Part shown: positions 29,641 to 46,202 of the stretch, one piece after another
Layout of the letters: the number at the start of each line of letters is the position of its first letter
Numbering within the stretch: the first letter of the stretch is position 1
Translations under genes and position numbers: made by a program
The notes under the pieces: generated by a model
What the model saw: only the letters and a program-made list of their open reading frames with translations
What the model was told of the DNA's origin: nothing
Database searches by the model: none
Origin: the human T2T-CHM13v2.0 reference genome, Homo sapiens
Length of the DNA stretch: 64,000 bases
NCBI RefSeq assembly: GCF_009914755.1
Contig: NC_060926.1
Direction: 5' to 3' (one strand)

Positions 29641-30479
29641 AAAACAGAGGTAGGTGATTTACATACTTGTTATTTATTTTAGGCAAACAATTATTGTTTA
29701 AGTATTTAACATGCCATCTTTTTCTTTTATCACAGTGTACATATACGTAAGCATTTAGATTTAATTCAAATCCTGAGCATCCTGTATTTCTTTGGCTAAA
29801 TATGACAATCTTAAAAGGGTTGAGATTTTGAGAAGAGATTAAAAGGAATGAGTCACCTTATAAAGTTCCAGAATAAATGAAACAGAAAAATGTAGTGTGA
29901 TTGTCAGGCAGCATTTTGGGGCCATTTGAAGTCATATATTCAAAATAAGACTAATCAGCATGGATATGTGTTATCTCCAACCCCCTTCAGCTATGTGGGT
30001 GACAGCATGAAGTGGACAGAGAGATGTATATAATTAGTGTTATTAGTGTTTATTGGTTTTACCAATTAGTGTTTCAGTTTTACCAATAATATTATTCTAT
30101 TAGATATATTTCCATTTAAAATAATTATTATTTCACTCCAGTCTGCACTTTCAAACAATATACTATACTCCCTCACAATGAGAGGTAATTATTTAAGACA
30201 ACTCTTTCTTCCTTACATTATAAGATCTGAAATAAACCAACAAAAGAAAATCAAACCACATTTAATAAAAAATAATTAGTAAACCAGGCATATTGAAAAC
30301 GTAATCACCAATACTAAAAGATGGTAGAAATTTCTTTTAGCCTTTGTCTCTATATTTGCTCAAAGAAAGTCACATTCATTAGGATCTAACAAAGAGCAAG
30401 GAAACTTAATAATCTTTACAAAAGGCAGAAATTAGGCTAGAAGTAAGAATTTAGGAAATGTAGTTTTTAATTATTTCCA

Positions 30480-30844
30480 TGTATTAGTCCATTTTCACAC
30501 TGCTATAAAGAACCACCTGGGACAGGGTAATTTATAAACAAAAGAGGTTTAATTTCCTCATAGTTCTGAATGGCTAGGGGGACCTCAGGAAACTCATAAT
30601 TGTGGTAGAGGGTGAAGGGGAAGCAAGACATGTCTTAAATGGTGGCAGGAGAAAGAGAGCAAAGGGAGAAATGTCACACTTTTAAACCATCAGATCTCGT
30701 AAGAACTCACTGACTATCAAGAGAACAGCAAAAGAGAAATCCACATCCATGATCCACTCACCTCCCACCATGCCCTTCCCCTGACACATGGGGATGATAA
30801 TTTGAGATGAGATTTGGGTGAGGATACAGAGCCAAACCATATCA
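30480..30844 (-). mobile_element. THE1D-like MaLR solo LTR
   Basis: tgtattagtcc...ccaaaccatatca; 5-bp TSD ttcca/gtcca. Confidence 0.9.
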
Positions 30845-31949
30845 GTCCATTTACCAAGTCAATACCATAAGGGTATTTTGGTAATATCATCAGCGAATGT
30901 GGTGTCATTCTCAAGATAATATACAAACGCTGAAGGAAAACATGATCTTACTTGGCACATCATAAGCTTCTCTGAAGATGGAATAAGATACCTGCAAGCA
31001 GAATCATTGATCCAAAACTGTTTCCTTCAGAATACTATCTGAGGTTAACTGTCATTTCTTATAATAATAAGGTTGAAAAAAATTTTAATTATTTAATTAT
31101 TTAATTTTGGACCTTTATATAGCTGAGGTTCTATTTCCCAATGAATTTTGACTATGGGCAACATATATTTCCTATTGAAAATGTCTGCATTATATTGCAG
31201 GGACAGAAGATATTCTCTATTTTTCTACTAGTCCAGTAATACAAATGCTTTTAGACATCCAATGATCTATTTCCTTAGTAAGTCTCTTTCTATTTCAGTG
31301 TTTATGCATGAGATTGATCTAATGCCCAAAGGAGAAATATCATCATCAGCTTTTACATTTTCAGAAGGGTGCATATGCGTTTTGCTTCTCTTTTTTATGA
31401 AGCTCTTTTTACTGCTTTCTCTTAAGAAAATATTATGAAAAATCCAATATCCCTACAGATATGTCAGACCGTGCTGTTTCTTGAGAGCTAGAACAAAACC
31501 TACTTTCAAGATGACTTATGTAATTTGGAACCAAATAGGTGGGTGTTCAGCTTAAAAAATTCCATAGAATTATCACTTGCAATATTTCCGCAATCTCGAA
31601 CAGTTACTCATTTATCATTTCTCATCTGTTGTGCATCCACTAATGAGGAGTAAGGCACCACACTGAGCAGAGATTGAACAAACTCATGAATTGTTCTGCA
31701 CTAAACAGCTGAGCCAAAGAGGAAATCATAAGGAGATTAAATAAATGGCGCTATAATGGAGATATGGAAGAGGTAGGAAAGGGACAGTGGTTCAGGGAGT
31801 CGTAAGAAAGTTCCAAAGAAAATGACATTATCATCTTCCTTCTCAACTCACCATTTGTTGGTGTGCGTATTTACATATTTGTTTATGTTTAATAATGTAA
31901 GGTATTACATTTTAATGTAATAGTATTTGATCCATGAAAAAGTGTAACA

Positions 31950-33700
31950 TACCTGTATCATATACTAAAGCACAATAATAAAATGAATATCCATGAAACC
32001 TCCATCTAATTTATAAAGTAAAATTTTACAATACCATTTCATCCAAGTGTTCCTCCTTACAATTGCCTCTCCCACAAATGTGAGTGCACTATGAATGCTA
32101 TCTTTATATCCTTTTTTATTTTTATTTACATACAATACTTATATATTCATTCATAAACATTCAGTTGCCAGTTTATCTTCTTTTGGACCTTTGTAAAAGC
32201 AGTATCTTACTGTAAGTAGGTCTCCTGGATTGATTATATCATATTCATGCGTATTGTACCACATATCTTTATTTCATTCATTTACACATGCAAAATAGCT
32301 GAGTGGGTGAATGAATCCTTCTACATGCCCATTTTTTTCTGAACATTTGAGGTCTCTCTTTCCTTATTTCTCTTTCCCTTCTTTCTTTCCTGCATCTCTC
32401 TCTTTCTCTCCCTTCTTCTTTCTTTCTCTTTATTTTCTCCCCTTCCTTCCCTCTCTTCTTCCTTTTTTCTTTTCTTTCCTTCTTTGTTTCATTCCATCCT
32501 TTCTTCCTTCCTTCTTTTTTTCCCTTTTTTTCTTTTTCTTATTACAGCAGTTTTACAATAAGCATTCTTATAGCTGTCTTGATACTTGACAGAGAGAAAG
32601 CATAGAATGCATTCCATGGGAGTGAAATTGTTGGATCACAGCTGATGCAAATATTCAGGCTCAAAGAATAATGACAGGTTATTTCTACTCATATTTATAC
32701 TTCCTCCAGCAATTTGTTGACTCATCTCCTCTCTGATTGTTGGATTTGTCTGGTTTTGTAATTGTTGTGGGATTATCATCAGTGGGAATAAAATCAGGCC
32801 AATAGTTTTTAAATGCTAATTTGTATTTCCCTTAGAACTAATAAAGTTAAACATCTTTTCATGAGCTTGTTTGCAACATGTTTCCTCTTCTGTGAGATGC
32901 CTGTTTGTGTCCTTTTTTCAATTTTCTATTGAGTTTTGTCCTTTTCTAATTGATTTGTAAGAGTCTTCCTAATCCTTTGCAAATTTCATGTGCTGCAGAC
33001 ATTTGTTTGTGTTTTGTCTTTTCACTGTCTTTAGGTGTTTTTCTGTGGGAAAGAAGTTTTTAATGAACATATAGTGAAATTTGTCCATTTTAAATGCTTA
33101 ACATGTATTTTAATTTGTCTTTCCCTAGCTCAAATTTAGAAAAAAATATTATTTCTTATTTTCTTTTAATGTCTCAAATATTCCCCTTGAACCATTCCCC
33201 TTATCCTATCTAGAATTAACTTATTGGTATGGTGGAAAGTAAGAATCCAATTTAAGGATCCAATTTACGTGGGCAGTTAATTGTTCAGTCTCACATTTTG
33301 AATACTCTTTATTCCACGATGATCTTCAATTGCACCTTTGAGATATATTAAGTTGTAAAACACAGTCTATTTCCCAGATCTTCATTCTGTTCCATGGGTC
33401 ATTGTTTTTGTATTTCTGTGCCAATAACATATTGACTTTATCACTAGAGGTTTATAATATACATTGATAGCTGGTAGGATACATTCTTCAGTTTTGGCCA
33501 TTTTTGGTCTTTTGCTCCTCCAGATAAATTTTCAAATTAGTTTGTCAAGATTCATGAAAAACCCTGTTGGTATTTTGATCAAAATTGCATTGAATTTCAG
33601 ATAAATTAAAGGACAGTTGATATGCATATGATTTTGAGCTTTCATTTTTATAGGAATAGTATAGATCTTCATTTCTTTAGGTCCTTCAGAAAAATTGGTT
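31950..33700 (-). mobile_element. Old L1 (L1ME/L1MC-like) 3' fragment containing a CT-rich tract
   Basis: Minus-strand ORF2 remnant PLIYLKFNAILIKIPTGFFMNLDKLI (33532-33744) and a degraded 3' end. Confidence 0.6.
32355..32540. repeat. CT-rich low-complexity tract
   Basis: Direct inspection. Confidence 0.85.
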
Positions 33701-33785
33701 TGATCTGGAGGCTGATCTCCTCCACCAGTTTTATAGCTTAGCAAAATTCTGGCTCAGCTGGTATGAATTCAATAAAGCTCTAGAC

Positions 33786-34100
33786 CAGCATCATCTTTTC
33801 CAATAGATACATTATGCAAGCCACATGTGTAATTTAAACTTTTTTAGTAGCCACAGTATTTAAAAAGTAAAAAGACACAGATGAACTTAACTTTAATGAA
33901 GTGTTTATTAAACCTACTATATCTAAAATGTTATTTTGACATTAAAGCAATATAAAAATTAATGAGATATTTTGCATTTTATTCAAATTTTGTCTTCAAA
34001 CTCTAGTGTGTATGATTAAAGCACATCTCACTTTGGACTAACATCATTGGAAGTACTCAATGGCCATACATCACTAGGCACTACTGTATCAGTACAGCTG
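33786..34100 (-). mobile_element. MER33 (hAT-Charlie) element
   Basis: tccaataga...atgcaagccacatg...tagtagccac...gcacatctca...tactcaatggcc. Confidence 0.8.
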
Positions 34101-34261
34101 GGAAATGTCCCCCTTTCTGTTAAGGTCACTCTTCTGAACAGGAAATGTCCTTGAATACATAGTTACATAGAGGTTATTTGGCCCTTTTTTGTCAGCTATA
34201 ATTATTAGAGAAATAGTCCTCTACTGGAAGCCCATTCATGAAGCAATCTATAGAGTGATAT

Positions 34262-35329
34262 CGAAACAGTATAAAGAAGAGACTTGGTCCTGGCAGATAA
34301 GAGACAAGGCAACCAAGGTCCCATGGGTCACACATGTCTAGGGATATTTCCTCCTCTAACTACTTTTTGCCTCCCTTAACAAGCTGACACAAATTACATG
34401 CCAGAAGAGAGGCCTCTCCTAACTCAGCTGACCAGGCTGAATTCCTAACCATAAAAAGAAGAAACCAACTCTTTACCTCTTTGAGTAATGTCTTCTGAGG
34501 TTACTAAAGCCAGACTTTGGCATTTCCAGAAAGAACCAGACCAGATCCAGGCAGCATAAAGACAAGATAGACTACAGTGCTGACCTTTCAGGGAGTTTTT
34601 CCTCACTATAATCTCATTATAGTATTGAAAATCACACCCAGGGGTGGAGACTCAACATGCTAATGTCACATACAACACACTAAGAAACATGTTGTATTAG
34701 TCCATTCTCACACTGCTGTAAAGACATACTTGAGGCTGGGTAATGTATAAATGAAAAAGGTTTCTCAGCTCATGGTTCTGCAGGCTGTACAAGCTTCTGC
34801 TTCTGGGGAGGCCTTAGAAAACTTACAATCATGGCAGAAGGCCAAGGGGAAGTAGGCACGTCTTCACATGGCTGGCAGGAGAGAGAGGAAGAGAAGTGCT
34901 ACGCACTTTCAAATAACCAGACCTCATGAGACCTAACTCACTATCAGGATAACAGCAAGGGGGAAATCCACCCCCTGATGAAATCACCTCCCACCAGTTC
35001 CTCCCTCAACTTTGGGGATTAAAATTCACATGAAATTTGGGTGGAGACACAGAGTTAAACCAGATCACATGTTAAAGTGCAGCAGGTGCTGAAAGTTCCC
35101 TGCCTCTGGATGCCTACATGCCACTCCTTTTCTGGCCTCAACTTCTTTAAAATGACAAGAGCAAAGCCCCTTAGAGAGCTGGCACTGGGGTCCTTTTCCC
35201 ATGCGTTGCTCCCTTGCTTTGCTCAACCTGCAAGCCTATTAAAGTTTGCCTGAGAAAAATTTCTGTTTGACCTGGTGTTCATTTCTATTTATACAAGAGT
35301 GAAGACTCAGGGTCAAAGCTATAGTAACA
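34262..35329 (+). mobile_element. MER4-group ERV1 solo LTR (LTR36/LTR35-like), interrupted by a MaLR LTR
   Basis: Ends attaaagtttgcctgagaaaa...catttctattt...gtaaca; left boundary approximate. Confidence 0.6.
34693..35067 (-). mobile_element. THE1D/MSTA-like MaLR solo LTR
   Basis: tgtattagtcc...aaaccagatca; perfect 5-bp TSD catgt (34688-34692, 35068-35072). Confidence 0.9.
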
Positions 35330-35603
35330 ATATCTGTGCTTGAAAAGAATGTTCATTTTCCACTTGTTGGATGCTGAAATCTATATGTTTGTTTAATCAA
35401 GCTTATTGATTACATTATTCACATCACATTTATGAATAAATATTTTGTCTGTTTTATCGATTAATAATCGGGGGAAATCTGCTAAAAACTTACCCTATGA
35501 TAATGGAGTTATCAACATTCCTCTTTAGTTCTATTAATTTGGGCTTCATTTATCCTGTGGCTTTTAAAAAATAGGTACATTCATATTCATAGTTGCTACA
35601 TTT

Positions 35604-35900
35604 TGTGTGTGTGTGTGTGTGACAGAGTCTCACTCTGTCACTCAGGCTGGAGTGCAGTGGTGCGTTCTTGGCTCACTGCAACCTCCACCTCCCTTGTTCA
35701 AGCTATTCTCCTGCCTCAGCCTCCTGATTGGTTGGGATACTGGGACGCACCACCATGCTCAGCTAATTTTTGTATTTTTAGTAGAGATGGGGTTATACCA
35801 TGTTGGCCAGCCTGGTCTTGAACTCCATTGTCTCAAGTAATCCACCCGCCTCAGCCTCCCAAAGTGTTGGGATTACAGGTGTGAGCCACCATGCTTGGCC
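35604..35900 (-). mobile_element. AluS with a (CA)n-converted tail
   Basis: (TG)n then Alu body; TSD tagttgctacattt/tagtcactacattt. Confidence 0.92.
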
Positions 35901-35944
35901 TAGTCACTACATTTTTTCAGTAAATATAATATTTTAATAAATTT

Positions 35945-36185
35945 ATGGATTAGAATTGAGAACATAGAGACTGGTGTTTATCTTCCTGGTTTGACTCTTT
36001 GCCTCTTCACTAACTAGTTGTATGGCTATGAGCTAGCCTTTCAGTGCCTTAATTTCTTCATTGGTGAAATGAGGATAATGATAGTAGATATAGAATTGTG
36101 GTGAAAATAAAATGATGTATCCAAGATTTGAGGAAAATATCAAGCACATAGTGTATGCTATATTGACATCAGCTATTTTTTAGTT
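35945..36185 (+). mobile_element. MIR SINE
   Basis: MIR core (cttcactaactagttgt...tttcttcattggtgaaatgaggataat) and 3' end. Confidence 0.7.
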
Positions 36186-36941
36186 ATCATTATTCTTATA
36201 ATGATAATCATAGGACTATCATTATAAAAACTATGAGGTTTTTCTTAAAAGATAATTATAAGGGTCATTCAGTAATGACTCATTCTATTGCCAATAATGT
36301 GTTTTATCTTTGAAAGCCCACATTTTCTGATATTGATATTGCATCTTCAGCTTTATTTTATATAGTATTTATCTAGTATAACATTTCTGTCCTTCTTTAC
36401 ATTCACACTTTTCATGCTTCACGTTTATATGTGTCTCTTCTATATGACATATAACATATTCTTCTGCATCAGACTCTAATCTGATAATCAATGGTAACTG
36501 TGTTCATGTAAATTTATTCTTTCTACAGATATATTTGGATTTATATGTATCATCTTACATTCTTACCTGAAAGTGTATTATTTGACAGTTATTTTTCCTC
36601 AGCACTTGGAAAATATTTTTTCTTGCTTCTTATTTTCATTGTTGCTATGAGGAAGGCTTCTATTAATCACATTTTGATTATTTTGTAGGTGTTGATTATC
36701 TGCCTTTCTTTCTGTGGCTGCTTTTAAGAACTCCTTTTTGTGTTTTACTCCCTTTGAAAGTTTCAGCTAATGCAGTAGCCTGATGTTCAATACCTGCCTC
36801 TCCTTCCTGCTGGCACAACTTCATTTTAGGATTTTGGAGGCTGCTATCAGCATTTTCCTACAAAGCTACACTGCTTGTCCTTTCTGTTTCAGTTCAATGC
36901 ATCTAGCATCAATTTCAGACCCTTTTTTTGTTTTTACATCT

Positions 36942-39243
36942 TGATATGGTTTTTCTGTGCTCCCACCCATATCTCACCTTGAATTGTAATAATCTCCATG
37001 TGTCAAGGGCAGTACCAGGTGGAAATAACTGGATCATGGGTTTGGTTTCCCCTATGCTGTTCTTGTGATAATGAGTGAGTCTCACAAGATCTGGTGGTGT
37101 TATAAGCATCTGGCATTTCCCCTGCTGATGCTCATTCTCTATCCTGCCACCCTGGGAAGAAGTGTCTTCTGTCATGATTGTAAGTTTCCTGAGGCCTCCC
37201 CAGCTATGTAGAACTGTGAGCCAATTAAACCTCTTTTCTCTATAAATTATCCAGTCTTATATATTTCTTCATAGCAGTGTGAGAACAGATAATACCGTAA
37301 ATTGGTATCACAGAGAGTGGGGTGTTGCTATAAACACATCTGAAAATGTTAAAGCAAATTTGGAACTGGGTAACAGGCAAAGGCTGGAACAGTTTGAAGA
37401 ACAGTTAAGAAGAAGACAGGAAAATATGAGAAATCTTGAAACTTCCTAGAGTCTTAAAGGTCTCAGAAGACATGAAGATGTGGGAAGCTTTGGAACTTCC
37501 TAGAGACTTGTTTGAATGGCTTTGACCAAAATGCTGATAGTGATATGGACAATGAAGTCCAGGCTGAGCTTATCCAGACAGACATAAGAAGCTTGCTGGG
37601 AACTTGAGTAAAGATCACTCTTGCTAGGCAAAGAGACTGGTGGCCTTTTTTCCTCTGCCCTAGAGATCTGTGGAAATCTGAACCTGAGAGAGATGATTTA
37701 GGGTATCTGGCAGAAGAAATATCTAAGCGGCAAAACCTTCAAGAGGAAGCAGAGCATAAACGTTTGAAAAATTTGCAGCCTGACAATGGGATACAAAAGA
37801 AAAACCCATTTTTTTAGAGAGAAATTCAAGCCTGCTGCTGAAATTTGCATAAGTAATGAGCAGAATGTTAGTCACCAAGACAATAGGGAAAATGTCTCCA
37901 GTGCATGTCAGAGACCTTTGTGGAAGCCCCTCCTATCAAAGGCCTGGAGGTCTAGAAGGAAAAAATTGTTTCATGGGCCTGGCCCAGAGCACCTCTGCTC
38001 TGTGCAGGCTCCGTATATGGTGCCCTTCATCTTGGCTGCTTCAGCTCGAGCTGTGGCTAAAAGGGGACAGTATACAGCTCAGGCCATTGCTTCAGAGTGT
38101 GCAAGCCCCAAGCCTTGGTGGCCTACATGTGGTGTTGGGCCAGGGTGGACAGAAGTCAGGAATTGAGGTTTGGGAACCTCCACCTAGATTTCAGAGCATG
38201 GATGGAAGTGCCTGGATGGCCAGGCAGAAGTTTGTGCAGGGGTGGACCCCTCATGGAGAACCTCTGCTAGGGCAGTGCAGAAGCAAAGTGTGGGGTTGGA
38301 GCCCCCACACAGAGTCCCCACTAAAGAACTGCATAGTGGAGTTGTGAGAAGAGGGCCACTGTCCTCCAGATCCCACAATGGTGTATCCACCGACAGCTTG
38401 CACCATACAGCCGGAAAAGCTGCAGGCACTCAATGCCAAACATGAAAGCAGCTGGGAGAGGGGCTGTAAACTGCAAAGCCACAGGGCAGAGCTGTCCAAA
38501 GCTGTGAGATCCCCCTCTTGCATCAGCGTGACATGGACGTGAGACATGGAGTCAAAGGAGATGATTTTGGATCTCCTTTAATGACTGCCCTATTGGATTT
38601 CAAACTTGCATGGGGCCTGTAGCCCTTTTGTTTAGGCCTATTTCTCCCATTTAGAATGGGTGTATTTACTCAATGACTGTACCCCCATTGTGTCTAGGAA
38701 GTAACTAATTTGCTTTTGATTTTATAGGCTCATACACAGAAGGGATTATCTTGTCTCAGATGAAACTTTGGACTTGGACTTTTGGATTAATGCTAGAAAG
38801 AACTAAGACTTTGGGGGACTATTGGAAGGGCATGATTGTGTCTTGAAATGTGAGGACATGAGATTTGGGAGGGCCCAGGAGTGGAATGATATGGTTTGGC
38901 TCTCTGTCCCCACTGAAATCTCACCTTGAATTGTGATAACCCCCATGTGTCAAGGGCAGTACCAGGTGGAAGTAATTGAATCATGTGGGTGATTTCCACC
39001 ATGCTGTTCTCCTGATAATGAGTGAGTCTCATAAGATCTGATGGTTTTATAAGTGTCTGGCATTTCCCCTGCTGGCACTCCTTCTCTATCCTGCCGCCTT
39101 GGGAAGAGGTGCCTTTGCCATGATTGTAAGTTTCTTGAGGCCTCCCCAGCTATGCAGAACTGTGAGTCAATTAAACTTCTTTTCTTTATAAATTACCCAG
39201 TCTTGGGTATTTCTTCATAACAGCGTGAGAACCAACTAATACA
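36942..39243 (+). mobile_element. Complete THE1C-like MaLR: 5' LTR 36942-37296, internal 37297-38886, 3' LTR 38887-39243
   Basis: Two direct ~355-bp LTRs (tgatatggttt...aatac(c/a)), THE1-int sequence, TSD catct/cattt. Confidence 0.95.
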
Positions 39244-42200
39244 CATTTTTGGGGGGTTCTTGATATAGGAAATGGGTTAGTGTGTATTTGAAAGTTCCCA
39301 CACTTCTGCAAGCCCAGTCAACACAACATTAAAAGTATGCTTTATTAAGGTTTTACTTGTTTTTCTGCAGTAGAGTCCTTCAGTATCTAGATATTCCTCT
39401 GGGAGTAAAACTTCTTCATTTGTATTTTTAAAAGCACTTTTGCTTTCTACAATTTCATTTCACCACCTAAAAATCCTGTAGGAAATTAATGACTTATCTC
39501 TTATGTTTCCATAAAAATTGGTTTCCAAGTTGTATTTCGAGTTTTTAAATGAGAGCTTTCATTTTTTAAAAAAAGTTATAAGTGTTTATATGTGAAAGCT
39601 ATTTACTATAACTCTATGTCTTCTGGCTTTGTTTCCATGTTTATAAAATCTCCTTCAACACAATTCCGTATATATTTACAAATATTTTTCTATTATATTT
39701 ATGTTTTTTCTATTAACATTTATATTTATTTTATCTAAAGTTTATTTTAGAGATATGACTGAGTAGGAGTTTCATTTAATTTTTACTGCAGTGATTATTC
39801 AATTTTTCTAAGTTTATTCACTGCACAAATCTTTCTTTCATGTTGATTTTAAATGCTGTGTCTATCAGAACAAATTATCTTTATTTCTTGGTTATTTTTC
39901 TGGTTCTCCTATTCCAACCATCTCTTCATTTATTATTTTCAGTGTCTTTGTGTCATAATTAATTCAGGTCTATAGTAGAGTAAAAGGATTAATGCAAATA
40001 TTTCATTACGGTTTTTCTTTTTGGATTTTCTTGACTCTTGCTACACTGTAAATATCCTTCAATGGAGACAAAAAATGTGCTAAGGTTATAATTGTTAAAT
40101 TTTAAAATTAATTTTGAGATAATCTCTTCATTAACATTTCCTTTTCAAGCAATTATTTGTTTCTTGATTTATGCAACTAGTTAATGCCTGCTATTAGAAT
40201 TTTGTATTCTCCTTATATGGATCCCCTAAAGTTTATTCCTAAGATGAGTGTATTTTATGATTTTTGTTGTTAGGGAAAATTGCAAACATACCCAAAAGTA
40301 AAAAGAATAGTACAACGAACATTTTTTTACATTATCTGGATTCAATAATTATCAACACATGGCTACTTTTGCTTCATCTATGTCCTTGCCTAGGTTTAAA
40401 ACACCCGATTTATTTTGAAGCAAATTCTAATAACTGTTATTTTACATGTGCTAATATTTCAATAAGTATCACTAAAAAGATAAGGGCTGATTGTTTTAAA
40501 TATGTTAACATTATCACAAGTCAAAAATTAAATATAATTTCACAACAAATAAACTCTATATGTTAGAGTTTTCTCATCTAAAAATGGGAGTAATTGATTT
40601 ATCTCTTAGGTTTATAAGTAAAAGTTACTAAAATTGTTAATAATAAAATGATCTTTTTAATTTTTTTCTATTATACTATGGGTTTCATTGAGGTGCTTTG
40701 TGTTGAATCATTATGCATTTGGATCCTGAAGACTCTCTGATAATTATATATTGATATTATAATATATTTCTGGACTCCAGTGATGATTACCTTACTATGT
40801 ACTTTTATATCTATCTTATAAGTGAGATTACTTTCTAGACCTTTAATTCATTTTTCTCAGTTGTTTAATGCCTGAATTTTACTAGCTCATTTTACAAATT
40901 TTCTTTATTTCACTGCAGTGATTTGACTATGATCAGATTTACTTGTTATTAAAATATTTGAAGCTTGTTTATGGAAACAGGAAACATATGGTATTGACAA
41001 TATTCGGGAAATTAGTTGTTTTTCCATTCCTTTACCTGGCTTTATTTCTTCTCTTTCTGCCTTTATTTTTTTTTCTCTCCCATATTTTTAGTCGACACAT
41101 AATACAGTTGACCCTTGAACAACGCTGGGGTTAGGGGTGCTGACTCCTTGTGCCATTGAAAATCTTTGTATAGCTTTTGACTCCCGCAAAACTGAATTAC
41201 TAATAGGCTACTATTGACTTAAAGCCTTCCTATAACATAAAGAGTTGATTAATACATATTATGTATGTGTTATTTTCTGTGTTCTTAGTAGAGAACACAG
41301 AAAGTAGAGAAAAGAAAGTGTTATACACAGAAAATAGAGAAAAGAAAGTGTTATTTAAAAAATCATAAGAAAAAACATTTACAGTGCTGTGCTATATTTA
41401 TGGATACCATAAGTTTACATAGTCTATTTAAAAGATGAATTACCTGTATGCAATGGTGAGTAACTGCAACTGCACACCTCAGTCTACAGTACATATCAAG
41501 CAATTCAACTTTTTCTTGTAATGTCATGACTTTTCTTCTGCTTCTTAGGAGCACTTTCATCATCTCTAGTGGCACTTTGTATGGGTCCCTTGGTGTCATT
41601 CAAGTTTTATGGTATTGCACTAAACACAATGAAAATTACGTGAGAACTGAAAGAGGCCAATTTTTTACTATAATACGCAATTTACTGGAGAGATGAACTG
41701 TTCATGCAGAGATGATTAGCATCTCACAGTATTCTAAGCAGAAACTTGCACTTGCAACACTTGAGTTCACCACAACAGCAGCAGGAGGTGGCTATGACAT
41801 TATTATAGTATTACAGTAGTACTACAGTTAATTTTTTGCAGTTATGATTTAATACTGCAACTTTGTTTGTTTACATTTCTCTCTACTGCAAATGGCATCA
41901 CATACAGTCCATAAGTGTTTATGTGCATAAGTTTCAATAAATATAAACTTTGTATTATAGACGTGTGTATTTTATGGTAGCAAATGATAATGTAAACTAG
42001 TACCTACATATATTTTATGCATTCATGAGATACCTAAGTTATTCTTAAGATTTTATGATATTTCTAGGCTATGCTGTTCACCTATGAGTTTTTTCTTTTT
42101 TTTATTATTATTATACTTTAAGTTTTAGGGTACATGTGCACAACGTGCAGGTTTCTTACATGTGTATACATGTGCCATGTTGGTGTGCTGTGCCCATTAA

Positions 42201-42314
42201 CTCGTCACTTAGCATTAGGTATATCTCCTAATGCTATCCCTCCCCCCTCGCCCCACCCCACAACAGGCCCCGGTGTGTGATGTTCCCCTTCCTGTGTCCA
42301 TGTGTTCTCATTGT

Positions 42315-46139
<3,825 letters not shown>

Positions 46140-46202
46140 TATGATGTTAGCTGGTTATTTTGCTCGTTAGTTGATGCAGTTTCTTCCTAGCCTCCATGGT
46201 CT

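Larger units (their letters stand above)
26831..29813 (+). mobile_element. Near-full-length hAT DNA transposon fossil (Blackjack clade)
   Basis: TIR TAGGGTTCCCA (26831) and TGACAATCTTA (29803-29813), both degenerate TAGGGTTGCCA; 8-bp TSD tgagggtt/aaagggtt; internal transposase relic. Confidence 0.8.
25655..30030 (-). mobile_element. L2 (L2a-like) LINE, interrupted at 26831-29813 by a hAT transposon
   Basis: L2 3' end (cattcattaaatacctg...ctctgccttcactgaattta); L2-like sequence resumes after 29821 (aatgtagtgtgattgtcaggcagcatt...agactaatcagcatgg). Confidence 0.75.
35330..36750 (-). mobile_element. Highly degraded old L1 (EN/inter-ORF region) fragments around an Alu and a MIR
   Basis: cttgaaaagaatgt...attttccacttgttgg and tttctgatattgatat motifs. 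Confidence 0.5.

Noticed and set aside
29822-30030. Possible continuation of the MER45 fragment at 19070
   Set aside because: Fits L2 better and is collinear with the L2 left of the hAT insertion.
37405-37510. ~55-bp internal duplication in THE1-int
   Set aside because: As I recall, this is a feature of the THE1C/D internal consensus, not locus-specific.
37786-38547. Overlapping ORFs of 67-163 aa
   Set aside because: Decayed MaLR internal sequence and its antisense frames.
39300-41000. AT-rich stretch with faint old-L1 motifs
   Set aside because: Too degraded to assign a family or boundaries by eye.
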